The notes beneath the pieces were generated by a model. The model had not been told where the DNA came from. It did no database searches and worked only from the letters and a program-made list of their open reading frames with translations. The position numbers were made by a program, and so were the translations under genes. This document shows positions 51,721-64,000 of a DNA stretch of 64,000 bases, piece by piece (the stretch's first letter is position 1; each line of letters opens with the position of its first letter). The DNA is from Octopus bimaculoides (lineage: Eukaryota): the NCBI RefSeq assembly GCF_001194135.2, contig NC_068993.1, positions 52,903,744 to 52,967,743 of the forward strand, in the 5' to 3' direction.

Positions 51721-54700
51721 CCTAAGGCAAGTAGGTAAGTAGGGGTGTGTGTGCACGCATGCGTGTGGTATGTCCAAATGGTTGAGTTTGCATCGTAATT
51801 ACAAGGCCTGGGTTTCATGCCACGAAATGGCATTTTCTATAGCCTCAAATCGACCAATACTTTGTGAGTGAAATCAGGCAGACTAGCAGTGTGAGTGACA
51901 AACATACACACACACACAAATAAATTATTTACAGAATTTTCACTCATCACCATTTCTTCATTTAATGCAGAATATGCATGTGTGTGTGTGTTTGTGCGTC
52001 TGTGTGTGCATGTATGTATGTATACAATGGACTTCTTTCAGTTTCGGTCTACCAAATCCACTCACAAGGCTTGAGTTGGCCCAAGGCTATAGTAGAAGAT
52101 ACTTACCCGAGGTGCCCCACAGTAGGATTAAGCCCAGAACCATGTGGCTGGGAAGAAAGTTTCTTACCACACAGCCACACCTATGAAAAAATCACAACAA
52201 TATACCCTTAAATAAAACCCAAATATGTAATTCAGTCACTTCTGTTCTATGGGTGTAAACAGAACTGCTTAAACTTATATCATGAGGAAAATATCACATG
52301 GTACCCTCATAGAAGGTGGTACTGTAGTATGGATGCAATCCAATGACTGAAACAAGTAAAAAGAAAAAGAAAGAATATGCAGCATTTGGGCTGAGGTATT
52401 TACGCAATAATTTGTGCCTTCCTTTATGAATACATAAAAACATAAAATAATTAATTGCCAAATTAAACTACTCCAGAAAAAAAAAAAAAATGTCAAAACT
52501 GCCTTAGCGTGACTAAAAATATAAGAATTCAAACCTTACAAATATTCAATATTTTAACCTATAATTGATTATTTCCTTTGATTTTATTACCATTAAATAA
52601 AATTAATTTTCTTTATTTTTCTTTCTTTATTTGTGTATAATATCAAATTTGTGTTAAAAAGTTAAGTTATAAAAACCATAGATGATCATGTGAATTACAA
52701 CACCCTACTTACAAATTCCTGCCATATCCAGTTGCCATAATAACTGACAGCAATGATATATGTGACATATTTACTGGCAAGGTATCCTTTTAAAACCAAA
52801 TGATTTATTGTTATTTACACGAGAATGTTTTCGTTTTTGTTGCTTTCTACAGTTAAATACAACGGGACGTCCATCAACTCAGTTTAAAGTGAACGATGGC
52901 ATGTTCAATTTCAACTTCATAATGTTGAAATTAAAAAAACAAACTCACATTCAACACTATTCTGTACCGTCTTTTACAGAATACATAAGCTCAGGCATGG
53001 CTAGAGATGTTAGCATGGGTGTGTGATTAAGAAGCTAATTTCCCAACCACCTGATTTCAGGTTCAATCCCACTATCTGATGCCTTGAGCAAAGTGTTTTC
53101 TACTATAACTGTGAACTCAGCTATGTGAATAGATTTATTAGATGAAAACTGATATGTATGTGTGTGTGTGTGTATATATATATATATACACACACACACA
53201 CTTATACAAGCAGGTGCCACATACACAGCACCTATGCCAGTGCTATGTAAAAGCACCCAGTACACTGTGTAAAGAGGTTGGTATTAGAAAGGGAACCAGC
53301 TATAGAAACAATGTCAACACAGACATGGAGCCAGGACAGCCCTGACAAACCATCCAACCCATGCCAGCATGGAAAACGGACGTATGATGATGATGATGAT
53401 GATACGTGTATATTTGTGTATATGTAAGTGTTTGCATCTGTTTGGTCATGACACGGTGCAACAATTGTAAACAACATTAAACAAGTAGTGCCATTTGTTT
53501 CCAGTCTTCTGTGAAAGCATGTCAAGCCCATGAAAATTTTTTACCTTACTTCAAAATAGTTGAAGGTTGGCAACAGGAAAAGCTTCCAGCTGCAGAAAAC
53601 TGAACTCAGAGAATTCTATCCGACCCAAGCAAGCATGGAAAAGTGAATGCTAAAATGATGATGATAATGAGGATGATGATGAAATTTCTTAGTTTCAGTT
53701 CCTAGCTTTTCATAACACTACTCAACCAACAAACTTATCAAAATCTCAATCAAAATAATTTGTAAAGCAACTACTCTCTCTTTCAGGCAAAACTGTGAAG
53801 TACTGGCATTTCTTGAATCAGGGAATTCGCTTCATCATCATTTTAATCTTTTAAAATTTGATTTTCATACTAGCATGGATTGAACAGTTTGACAAGCCAC
53901 AGAACTGTCAAGCTTCAATCTCAATTTTGTCATCGTTTCTATAGCTGGAAGCCTTTCCTAATGACCACCACTATACAGTGTGTACTGGATGCTTTTTTCA
54001 TGCAATTGATACCGATGAGGTGTGTTACAAAAGTCATGTTATTGCAATACTGATATAAATGTTCAGAATGAGCCAAATAACCAGAAAAACAAAATATATG
54101 TTGTAAATAATCTGACATAGAAAAAAAACAAAAAACTCCATCAAAACCTACTTGTAATTTACAGAATTCATGATTGTGACTAGAGAGAGAAAAAAAAACA
54201 AAACAAGGACCAATAGTAATTGGTAGATTTAGGTTAGAATTCCCTCATATTCAAAACTCATTCATTTAATGATATTGTTTTTATAAGAGCTGCACCTTAC
54301 TGACAGACTTTCAACAGATGTATGACTTATAAACCAATATCAGCCTGGTATTTCATGTTTTATATCAGTGTTTCACAGACTGTGTTAACATTGTAATGTA
54401 CTAAATATGAAATTACTAAATGACTAAATAAATATACCAACAGGATTTACAACACAAGGGAGTTTTCTTTTCCATTTTTCTTTTTTTTTGTCAGAACTTA
54501 CAAAATGGTGCAAAACTACTGACCCACAAAGTTAAAATCCTGCTCCTCCTCATTCTCAGGAGGTTACCCACTAAGTTTGATATTATTATTTTGATGTAAT
54601 TGATAAACTTAATGTTTCACTTTGATAAAATTATATTCTCAACCTAAAAAAAAAAAAAATAATAATAATAATAAAAAGATTATATTTCTGAAATGCTTCT

Positions 54701-55055
54701 TATTATAAAATTACATTTGACCGGAACAAGTTTCACCTAATAGCCTATTCAACCAGAAAAAAAAAAAGATTGTTTTAATTAAAATTAAAAAAAGCATCAT
54801 CATCATTTATTGACCATGTTGGCATAGATAAGATGGTCTGGCAGGTTCCAATGGGTCCAAGGACTGCATCATACTCAAATGTCTGCTTGGGCATTGTTTC
54901 TACAACTATATGCCCTTCCTAATCCCAACCACTCTAAATGGTAGCTGCACTAGGATGGTCACCATATAGCTTGCCTGATTAAAATCCCATTTAAATGAAT
55001 AGGGCCACAGTAGAGATGAAGTGGGGAAGCTTTATGCTAGGAAATAAATAATATT

Positions 55056-55270
55056 GGTTTCAAATTTTGCCACAAGGCCAGCAATTTCGAAGGAGTGGGG
55101 GTAAGTTAATTACATTGACCCCAGTGTTCAACTGGTGCTTGTTTTATTGACCAAGGAAGGATGAAAGCAAAGTCCACCTGAGCAGAATTTGAACTCAGAA
55201 TGTAAAGATAGATAAAATACCACTAAGCATTTTGCACAGCATGCTAAGAATTCTGCCAGCCTGCCACCTT
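55056..55270 (-). mobile_element. tRNA-derived SINE family B with an 18-bp target-site duplication
   Basis: TAGGAAATAAATAATATT occurs at 55038-55055 and 55271-55288. Head GGTGGCAGGCTGGCAGAA...GAGTTCAAATTC. Other copies at ~7311-7511, 8893-9066, 10134-10350, 10383-10550, 10575-10780, 11871-12080, 16711-16924, 16952-17168, 37485-37675 (all minus) and 15768-15885, 43655-43840 (plus). Confidence 0.9.
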
Positions 55271-56796
55271 TAGGAAATAAATAATATTAAGATGTTACTT
55301 ATCTCCTAGCCTAAAGCAAGGATATAAGTAATACCTTAAAAGGTAGCAATTTACAGCTGTGAAGAGAAAGAATGTATTTTACTATTTTAGAGTAAATATA
55401 CAATGCGAAACTATATTTAGAGGACCTTCAAGAAGTTATTTACTCACGTATAATGTGAGAAATTTTATACAAAATGTTGGGGGTCATAACTGGGGATAGC
55501 ACTATATTCAACTGTTGAAAAGAGGAGAAAATCAACATTTTAACATCCGCATTGCCATGATCACATGGGTCAGACAGAATTTGTTAAGGTAGGTTTTCTA
55601 CAGCCCAATGCTCTTCCTGTCACCAAGTAAAGTATTTCTCCATGGCCAGACATTTGTCTACAATTATCACGTGACATCAAGGTAAGGAGACAGTAACACA
55701 CAGACACATATACAACAGGCTTTTTTTGAGTTTCCATCTACCAAATCCACTAACAAGGCTTTGGTTCGCCTGAGGTTATAATAGAAGACATTGCTCAAGG
55801 TGCCCTGCAGTGGGATTGAATCTAGAATCATGTGGTTGAGAAACAAACTTCTTAACACAGCCATGCCTGCATATATTCCAAATTTTTAGTGTTTGTGTGG
55901 TGGTCACATATTTTTTTTTTTTAAATCAAAGGAGCAATGTTTGATGTGGAACAAAATCATTGTCATTTTTAAGTCCATTTCTTCCATGATGACAAGTTGG
56001 ATAGTTTTCCTCATTCTTTGTGGCACATGCCCTTCAGTAAAACAAAGCAGTAGAGAGAAGCTGCCCACTTTGTTGCTGTTTACATTTTTACAATGAAATC
56101 CAAAGAGAAGCATTTACTTTTATTCATCACCATCTTAACACCCATATTTCCATGTTCACATGGGTTGGGCAGATTTTACTGAGGTAAATTTTCTATGGCC
56201 AGACATCTTTCCAACCTCCATCCTTCACCTCTTGGATTTCTCAGCCTGTATCCAGTGGAATATTGAAGCTGTAACAACTGGAAGGAAAGTGGACTGCTCC
56301 AGTATACAACTGGTACTAATTTTAGCTGAGTAGACTGTATGTAGCAACATGAAATGAGTTGCCCTGTTTAAGGATACAATGTACCAGCCAATCCAAGGAT
56401 TGAACCCACAACATTATGATCATGAACTCAACAGCCTAACTACTAGGCCACATGCCTTCACAAGATAGAGCTATGGAGAGAATTTAAAGACCTCATATTT
56501 CTAGCATAATGATGTGTTCTTAATTCATTCAAGAATATTATTGTCTAAAGTGTTAATAATAAAAAAAAAGAAAGAAAAAGAAAGATTTGATATTAAACAC
56601 CATTTTCTGTATATCTTTAACAACTTACAAATCCTGCCCCTTCAAAGATAAAATAAACTAATTGAAACTTTAATAGGTTTCAAATGATAACATCAGTCTG
56701 ACGTGACATACAGCTGCCTAAAAGCAATATTCTCAGAATTGAAATAAATATCTTAATATAACAATTTATATGTAAGAAATAAAGAAACAATAAAAT

Positions 56797-56830
<34 letters not shown>

Positions 56831-57406
56831 GCAAAGAACTGCAGTTTAAACCAACAAAGCATGAAATACATGGGACAGTCAGTAGCCTGAGGTTGAAAAG
56901 TAAGTTGTGGGACTATAGTAACAAAGTTCAGAAGTTCAAACCAAAACACTATCAGAATGAGGAGGGAGGAAGGGAGATGGCTTTTATTTATTTATTTATT
57001 ATTATTTTTTATATAATTTCTAACCTCAAAACACACCCTTAAAACTAGTGTGGATACCAATGCTTATCAAATAGCAAGCTGGAGATTATTCCCAATAGAC
57101 AGAACAGTGACAAGATGCCAAGCCTAATCTGAAAGAATTAGGAACACAGGAGGAGGTGCTGAAAGAAAATACTATAGCTTTGTAAAGGAAAGAGGAGGTA
57201 GTAGCAGACAGAAGTTTAATACTCTGGCCTTGAGTTCCTTTGTAAAATGTAGATAAAAGATGTCTAATAGACCTTAACAAGTATTTTATCTTTCTTTCAA
57301 TTGGAGCTGGTATAGTAAACAATATGACTGGTTAATTAATGATTTTACAAATTAATGAAATACCAAGCTACACAGCAGTTTATTCAAATTTTCAACATAG
57401 GCATTG

Positions 57407-57790
57407 GCGTGGTTGTGTGCTTGCTAATCACATGGTTCCAGGCTCAGTCCCACTGCCTGTGGCACCTTGAGCAAGTGTCTTCAACTATAGCCTTGGGCCA
57501 ACCAAAGCCTTGTGAGTGGATGTGGTAGATGGAAACTGAAAGAAGCTCGTCGCATATATATGTGTATATCTATGTATGTGTGTCTTTGTATCTGTGTTTG
57601 TCCCCCATCACTGCTTGACAACTGGTGTTGTGTTTACATCCTCATAACTTAGCAGCTCAGCAAAAGAAACTGATAGAATAAGTACTAGGCTTAAAAAAAT
57701 AAACCCTGGGATTGATTTGTTCAACTAGAACCCCTCAAGGCAGTGCTCCAACATGGCTGCAGCCAAATGACCGAAACAAGTAAAAGAATA
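57407..57790 (+). mobile_element. tRNA-derived SINE family A, full-length copy
   Basis: Pol III-like A/B boxes (TGGTTGTGTG...GGCTCAGTCCC), a central GGCAAGTGTCTTC...GGATTTGGTAGATGGAAACTGAAAGAAG core, an internal (TG/TA)n and a 3' GTGCTCCAxCATGGCxGCAGxCAAATGACxGAAACAAG. Dozens of fragments occur across the window. Confidence 0.85.
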
Positions 57791-60700
57791 AAAGGGAAAG
57801 GCATACATTATTATTAACATATATGTTTTCAAAAATCTTGAATGTTTCTAAAAGTGGTTTTACAGCAAGAAGTAACTTAACCCTTTTGATACCAATTCAC
57901 CCGAGACACCACACTGCTGGTTCTATGTTACAAATTTCCTGCTGAGAGTGATCTAAATTAAAGCCTTCCATCAAAACATGTTCCAAACACCAGTTTAAAA
58001 TTGACAATGTTATTTTGCTAAATTCCTCATTTCAACTGAAATATGGCAATGAAATAGTTAAAAGGAATTTTTTTTTTATCATTAGATATATTCAAACCGT
58101 ACATTTTTTTTTTAGTAAATTAAGATTTAAAAATACAAGATATAATTAATTTTAAAGAAAGTATTATGTATGAGAAGTGTAGCAGGCATTAGTTAAGAAG
58201 TCTACTCTTCAACAAATGGTTGTGGATTCAGTCCCACTGTGCAGCATCTTAAGCAGGTGTCTCCTACCATAGCACTGGACCAACAAAAGCTTTATGAGTG
58301 AATTTGGTAGAAACTGAAAGAAGCCTTTTTTACACACATATATATTATATATGTGCTGGCCTGGCTGTGTGGTAAGAAGTTTGCTTCCCAACCACATTGT
58401 TCTGGGATCAGTCCCACTACTTGGCATCTTGGCCGTGTGTCCTCTACTATAGTCTCGGGCATACTTGTGAATGGATTTGGTAGATGGGACCTCAAAATAG
58501 CCTCTCATATATATATATAAATACAGATAGATAGACAGATATATATTTATGAGTGTGTGAATATAGAGAATCAACAAATTCCACCTGAAAAAATGCACAT
58601 TAAAATGATGATGATGAATTATGTACAAAAAAGGCTTTATGAAGCCAAGAAAATGAAAAGGTTAAATAGTGATCTATTGTTTTTGTCATTATTTTCAAAA
58701 TTAATTGAAAATTGAAACAAAGACAGTGTATTTCAACAGAAATATGATACAGTAGTAACAGAGAGGGTTAAACAAATGTTTTATAGCATTACCAGAGGGT
58801 CAGAGAGAGAGATTCTAATGCAATAAAACAGAGTGACAAAGAGGTTTTCACCTAGATTTAGAATGATCAGAAATAGAACACAGTTGGCTAGCTTAAGTTT
58901 GTTCTCTGACCCCTGCAATTAAAATGTATGCTATCTCTGACACAGAATTCCAGCAAAGTTTACTTATCTCAAGTTGGCAGTAAACTTTAAGGAAAATGAA
59001 ACAACTTTAACTGACCCGATACATCGTTCTACAGTCCAACTAACTCAATGAAGCACTAGAAATATTTATAACATTTAGATATATTTAAATCATATTTAGT
59101 CTCTCACAGTGAAATGGCAAAACCAAAATATGGGTTGCCAATTCTGTTCTCCAGGTTTTAAATAACTTGACTACAGAAAGGATCTGAACTTTAAAACTAA
59201 ATATAATAATGTAAAGTATTTTGTTTAGATCTCAATTGTCATTTTACTTAATAATAATTGTTTTTAATTTAGGCAGAAAACTTGCAATTTTGGAGTAGAG
59301 CACTTACACTGCCAAGACATGGCCTTGCAGTAAAGAATTTTGTTTCGCAACTACATGGTATCTAGTTCAGTCCTACCACATAACACTTTGAGAAAGTGTC
59401 TTCCACTATAGCCCCAGGCTAATCTAATCCTTAGGAGTGCATTTGACAGCTGTAGAAGCCTATTTCATACACACATATAGCGACCACTTTTTGATGCATG
59501 CACTGGACAGACAGAATTTGTTGAGGCAGTTTTTCTATGGTTGAATGCTTTTCCTGTCACCAACCCAATTTGTTTCCAATTAAAGTTCCCCATGGCCAGA
59601 CATATTTTTCACAGAAGACTGGAAACAATCAATGTTGCTTGCATGACATTGATGTTCATTTACACCCATTACATGTTGTCAAGATGAGGGTATACACACA
59701 CACACACATATATACAACGGGTTTCTTTCAGTTTCCATCTACCAAATCCATTCACTAGGCCTTGATCGGCCCAGGGCTATAGTTGAAGATACTTGCCCGG
59801 GGAGCTGTGCAGTGAAGTTGAACCTTAGATCACAAAGTTGGGAAGCAAGCTTCTCAACCATACACCAACACTTGTGTGTGTGAGTGTGCATGTGCATGCA
59901 CACTGTTGTTACTCCACTGCCTGACAACCAATATTGGTTTGCTTGTATTCTTACAATTTAACACGAGCAGCAAAAAACAACAAAAAAAAAACAATAGAAA
60001 AAGTACCAGACTTGGAACAAAAGTCCTGGGCTAAGTTTGTTTGAATAAACCATTCAAGGCTGTGCTCTCTATCATGGCTACAGTCCAATAACTCATTATG
60101 AATTAAATTAAAAGTCAATCTAAGCATTAAAAAAAACTGCCTTAAGGTCAGGACCCACCCACCCTAAACACCTTTTTTAAAGCTATTTTAATTACAAACA
60201 CCTGAAGACATTTTAATAAGCAGGTAGTGGAGTTATGGCAACAAAGCATCTTTAATTCTGCTGTTGTCAAATGAAAGCCCACTCTACCTGTCAATTTGAT
60301 AAAAAGGTCAGAAAATCATTTTTGGAATAGGTCAATCTGGCCAGTTTTTCTCCCTGTTTTATATTTATTTGATGTGGGTTAGTGGTTAGGGTGTTGAGTC
60401 TATGAATCATAAAGTCATGCATTTCAAAACAATTTTCTGTCATAAGTGCATGACTAAGAAGCTCACTTTGCAACCATGTGGTTTTGGGTTCAGTCTCACA
60501 GCATAGCAGCTTGGGCAAGTGTTTTTTTTTTTTGCTATAACCCCAGGGTAGCCAATGACTTATGAGTGAGTTTGGTAGACAGAAATTGTGTGGCAGCCTC
60601 TCTGTGAGTATGTTGGTTTGTTTACAACTTTACAATCTTGTAAATTAGCAGTTGAGTAAAAGAGACAGAAAGAATAACTACCAGACTTATTATAAAACAG

Positions 60701-63294
60701 ATGCAGGCATAGTTGTATGACTAGAAAACCTATTTCTCAACCATGTGGTTTCAGCTTCAGCCCCACTGAATGGCACTTTGGGCAATTGTCTTCTACTTTA
60801 GATCCAGATCAACCAAAATCTTGCAAGTAAATTTGGTAGATTAAAACTGAAAGAAGTCCATTGTATGTGTGTGTGTGTGTGTGTATATGTGTACCCTTGT
60901 CTTGACATCATATAAACAAGAGTCGTTCATTTCCAATCTTCTGTCTACAGGAAGGGCATCCAACCAGAGAAAATCTGCCACAATGAATTCCATCTGACCC
61001 ATGCAAGCATGGAAAAGTGGATGTTAAAATGATGATAATAATGACCAAGTTTTTAAACAGCAGTATTACACATGAACACAATCACAGGCACATCTTGTTA
61101 ATAAATAATGTTAAATATGGCTTCTAAATTTCATTAACATCCCTAACTCATCTTGATTTCTCTACAACAGTCTGTAAACAGCAACTTCTTAAAGTCTCTA
61201 TCAGGTTTGTATAGATAAACATCATCATCACTGTTCCAACATACACTTATCCATGCTTGCATAGGTTAGATGGAATTCATCAAAGCAGATTTATTTATTT
61301 CCACTGTCCACCAGCAAGTGATTAAATTGACTAGGAACACTGAGCGCATACATTTCCACAATTCTCAACCAATTTTCACCAAACTTTACACACACGTTAC
61401 TTATGTCCTAAGGATGGTCATGCACTATAACATTTTGCCTAGAGCTCCCACATAAATTGACCTAAATGGATATAGTTGTTTTTTGTATGTAGGGTCTTCC
61501 ATACTTTTTAAATTTTTACTTTTAGAAATTTATATGATGGGCTTCTCTCAGTTTTGTCTACCAAATCTACGCACAGGCTTTGGTCAGCCCAGGGTTATCG
61601 TAAAAGATGACACACAGTGGGACTGAACTCAAAACCACATAGTTGGGAAGCAAACTTTTTAATCATCAGTTTGAAGGTTTGTACTGAGGCCAAAATGTAT
61701 GTTTTGTAATGTGAAAATAGTTGCTCCATCTACAATGCTTGACAGATATTTACACTTACCAAAGAGTCAACGTCTGTAATAAGCAGTGTTGTGTTAACTT
61801 CAGTAGTTTGACAAGAACTAATGATATTTGCAGGAATAATTGTCATTTGATACACTTAATGTAACTTTCAATTCTCAGAGAATATAGAAAGAAACCACTT
61901 GAAATGTTTTAGTATATATGCACTGAAGTCATTTGAAAGCTTTCTCAACAATTCCAGTTCCTTTAAGTTAATTAAACATATTCAGTTCCTTGTAGTGATA
62001 TATGACATTTATAAGAAAAAAAATTATATTGTACTGAAACATAATAGACTGATATTAACTGCAAAATCTGTCAGTACCAAATAAGTTTCATAGATGGAAC
62101 ATTTGAAAATAATAATGCTAAAGATTAAATTTGGTTTCTCTAAAGAGTGGCTGTTAATTGTAGATGTTCTCAGTATAATTTCGAAACTAAAATATTACAA
62201 TGCAGTATTGTATTATAGAGTGTAATAGTTTACATAATATTCAATAAAATCTTTTCTATATATTCTGCAGTACAAATTAGCACCAGAACACACATCGTTA
62301 AATCGTCAGTAATTTAATAAACTGAACTTAGCTGTCAAGAATGTATTAAACATTCAACCCTTCCTGCTTTTATTTAAAAATGGGTATTTTTAAATAAAAT
62401 TTTCTACAAATATTTTTCAGTCAATACGTATTTCTCTGTACTAAAATACACTTAAAAACATTGGTCAATCCGAAACTACAATAAAAGACACATTCCCAAA
62501 GTGTCACGCAGAGGGACTGAACTCAGAACCACGTGGTTGCAAAGTGAACGTCTTAATCACGTAGTCATATCTGTACCTGCAAATATGTGTTAGATTATGC
62601 AAACTATTTAGTGAAAATAATAATAACTCAACGAAATATTTACCAAAACTGAAACGAATTGACTGCCGTTATGCTACTGAAAATTAAGAGATGGGTACGA
62701 TTAAAACCCTTTGAAAAGCGTGCCCCAGCATGAAACAGTAAAAGAATACATTGCAGAAAATAACTGAATATTAATTTTCTTAATCAATACAGCGTATAAT
62801 TTAACAAAGCTAACGAGACGGTTTCGTGTTTGCCGATGCTATTGTATCCATGGCGGAGATGAAGAATACGTACACCACACGTTTTTGGCGTAACCCTAAA
62901 ACCTACCCCTAAACACCGGGTGTGCGTATTCTTTACCTTCGCCTGTACACATATGTTTATCTCTCACAAAGTTGTAGTGTTGACTTTGTATATCGTTTAG
63001 TTCATAGACTTCGATTGAATGAAAGATAAGTAGATCTCGGCGGGACGTAGATGCAGAATACGGAAGAAGGAAATTAAAGACGTGTTCCTATATTTGTCAT
63101 GCAGTTTGTATTGGTCACGTTTAAAATTGTTGTCGGAGAAGTAATTAATTATGTGGTATAACATGTGTAAGCTATAAAAGTCATGTGTATGTATGATAAA
63201 ACGTCTTTCACTGCAACATAACATGTGATATCATACCATAGTAGTTTACGAGCCAGCGACGGGAGTCTATTAATGATCGTGTGACGTGGTAGAA

Positions 63295-63460
63295 ATAATA
63301 ACCAAATCTCCTTAAAAATTACCTTTATTAAACCAAGTCACAGGAGATAATGTAGTTCGGAATACACTATGCCTGAAAACAAGAGAAGCATGACCATAGC
63401 TGAACTGGTTTTGATCATAAATCTTTTATCAAGACTAATCTGGGACTAAACAATACCAGC
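63295..63460 (+). repeat. Interspersed repeat family G
   Basis: Shares AAATCTCC...ACACTATGCCTGAAAAC...ATAGCTG with ~1490-1670. Related pieces at ~1-190, 29855-29925 and 36785-36990(-). Confidence 0.6.
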
Positions 63461-63767
63461 AGGATAGTCGTTTATAATATATCTCCATAATATATACACT
63501 AGTGATTCAACATTGAAGTATTGATAAGAAAAAAAGCTGATGTAACAACGAAATGATGGTTATTTTAATCTACTGCCAAATGCAGTAAATGTTACAAAAG
63601 AGAAACTAAAACTGACGACAAACGTTACTAATTAAGCAAACTACGGCACAGTTGTACTTTAAACTAGGTTTAATATTTACTTCAACTACAGTTTTATGGT
63701 TACTTATCAACATCACCCGCACAGATGCTGTGTAACTTGGTTTAATTAGTGAAAGACAAGCACTCAC

Positions 63768-63770
63768 CAT
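63768..63770 (-). CDS. POMP: POMP exon 1 coding part (ATG only)
   Basis: Minus strand reads ...AACAACA ATG|GTGAGT, a consensus donor directly after ATG, just downstream of a promoter motif cluster. Exon 2 starts in phase 0 without a Met. Vertebrate POMP exon 1 also contributes only ATG (recalled, should be checked). Assignment across the 27 kb intron is inference. Confidence 0.8.
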
Positions 63771-63799
63771 TGTTGTTATTCAACTTTCTGCACATTCAC

Positions 63800-63880
63800 G
63801 CTTTAGAAATGGCAACATTTCCTCTTCCGGTTATGTAGAGCACGTGACTGAAGGTGGGCGGAGTTAAGTCCAATTGGGCA
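63800..63880 (-). promoter_or_regulatory. TATA-less housekeeping-type promoter of POMP
   Basis: Within 60 bp: ACCGGAAG (ETS, 63831-63824), GTCACGTG E-box (63848-63841), GGGCGG GC box (63856-63861) and palindromic CCAATTGG (63870-63877). The local region is visibly richer in CpG than the rest of the window. Confidence 0.75.
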
Positions 63881-64000
63881 AACATGAGTTTAAACAACTT
63901 TCAGATTCCAGTAGCTCGTTTCTTTTTCTACCTGAATACAGGAAATAATTTTTTTGAATGAATTCCATTCTAAGAAACGACTATTTATCAAAAGGAATTT

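Noticed and set aside
55293-55333. 13-15 bp imperfect hairpin
   Set aside because: AT-rich with a mismatch, compatible with chance in 64 kb.
58570-58590. Possible recursive splice sites (AG|GT) in the giant introns
   Set aside because: The best cases seen (TTTTTTCAG|GTGGAA here, CTAG|GTGAAG near 37990) have poor donor consensus. I found no canonical YAG|GTAAGT by eye, though the scan was not exhaustive.

Overview
AT-rich, microsatellite- and transposon-dense animal genomic DNA. The repeat families look like those of a coleoid cephalopod, probably Octopus (inference from recognised repeat types, no database search run). There are two N gaps. The window holds one complete protein-coding gene on the minus strand, proteasome maturation protein (POMP/UMP1), which the ORF track shows only as fragments. 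Six exons were read by hand: 63770-63768 (ATG only), 36399-36296, 34138-34078, 33746-33645, 29713-29620 and 1409-1342. All introns are GT-AG with compatible phases. The CDS is 432 nt and encodes 143 aa: MNFASLDKKNTCFAKQQDITLPTSGEYGFHDVMITGLQQAQSKLVASHPLELSEKHYAGKNEAMDFANLRKIQGIHAPLRLKMERLAVAKVQHLPCLPSSNVLLDTLMGNDDILEFGDILNTHEFSETMTDPHILMEAQLNIL*. A 6.8 kb core (exons 2-5) is flanked by introns of 27.4 kb and 28.2 kb. A compact ETS/E-box/GC-box/CCAAT promoter lies at ~63.8 kb and a poly(A) site at ~1.25 kb. The introns hold an Hsmar1-like mariner with perfect TIRs, a DD37D (maT) transposase relic, several RTE LINE fragments, at least four tRNA-derived SINE families, two TTAA-flanked piggyBac-type MITE families, a hAT-type MITE and a Helentron/HINE-like element. 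Nearly all other ORFs in the track are microsatellite or repeat artefacts. I found no clearly novel multi-gene system. The most interesting leads are regulatory or structural: a circRNA-like gene architecture, candidate cryptic exons, a triplicated GATA-palindrome unit and a promoter-proximal hairpin. Repeat boundaries are by eye and approximate unless TIR/TSD sequences are quoted.
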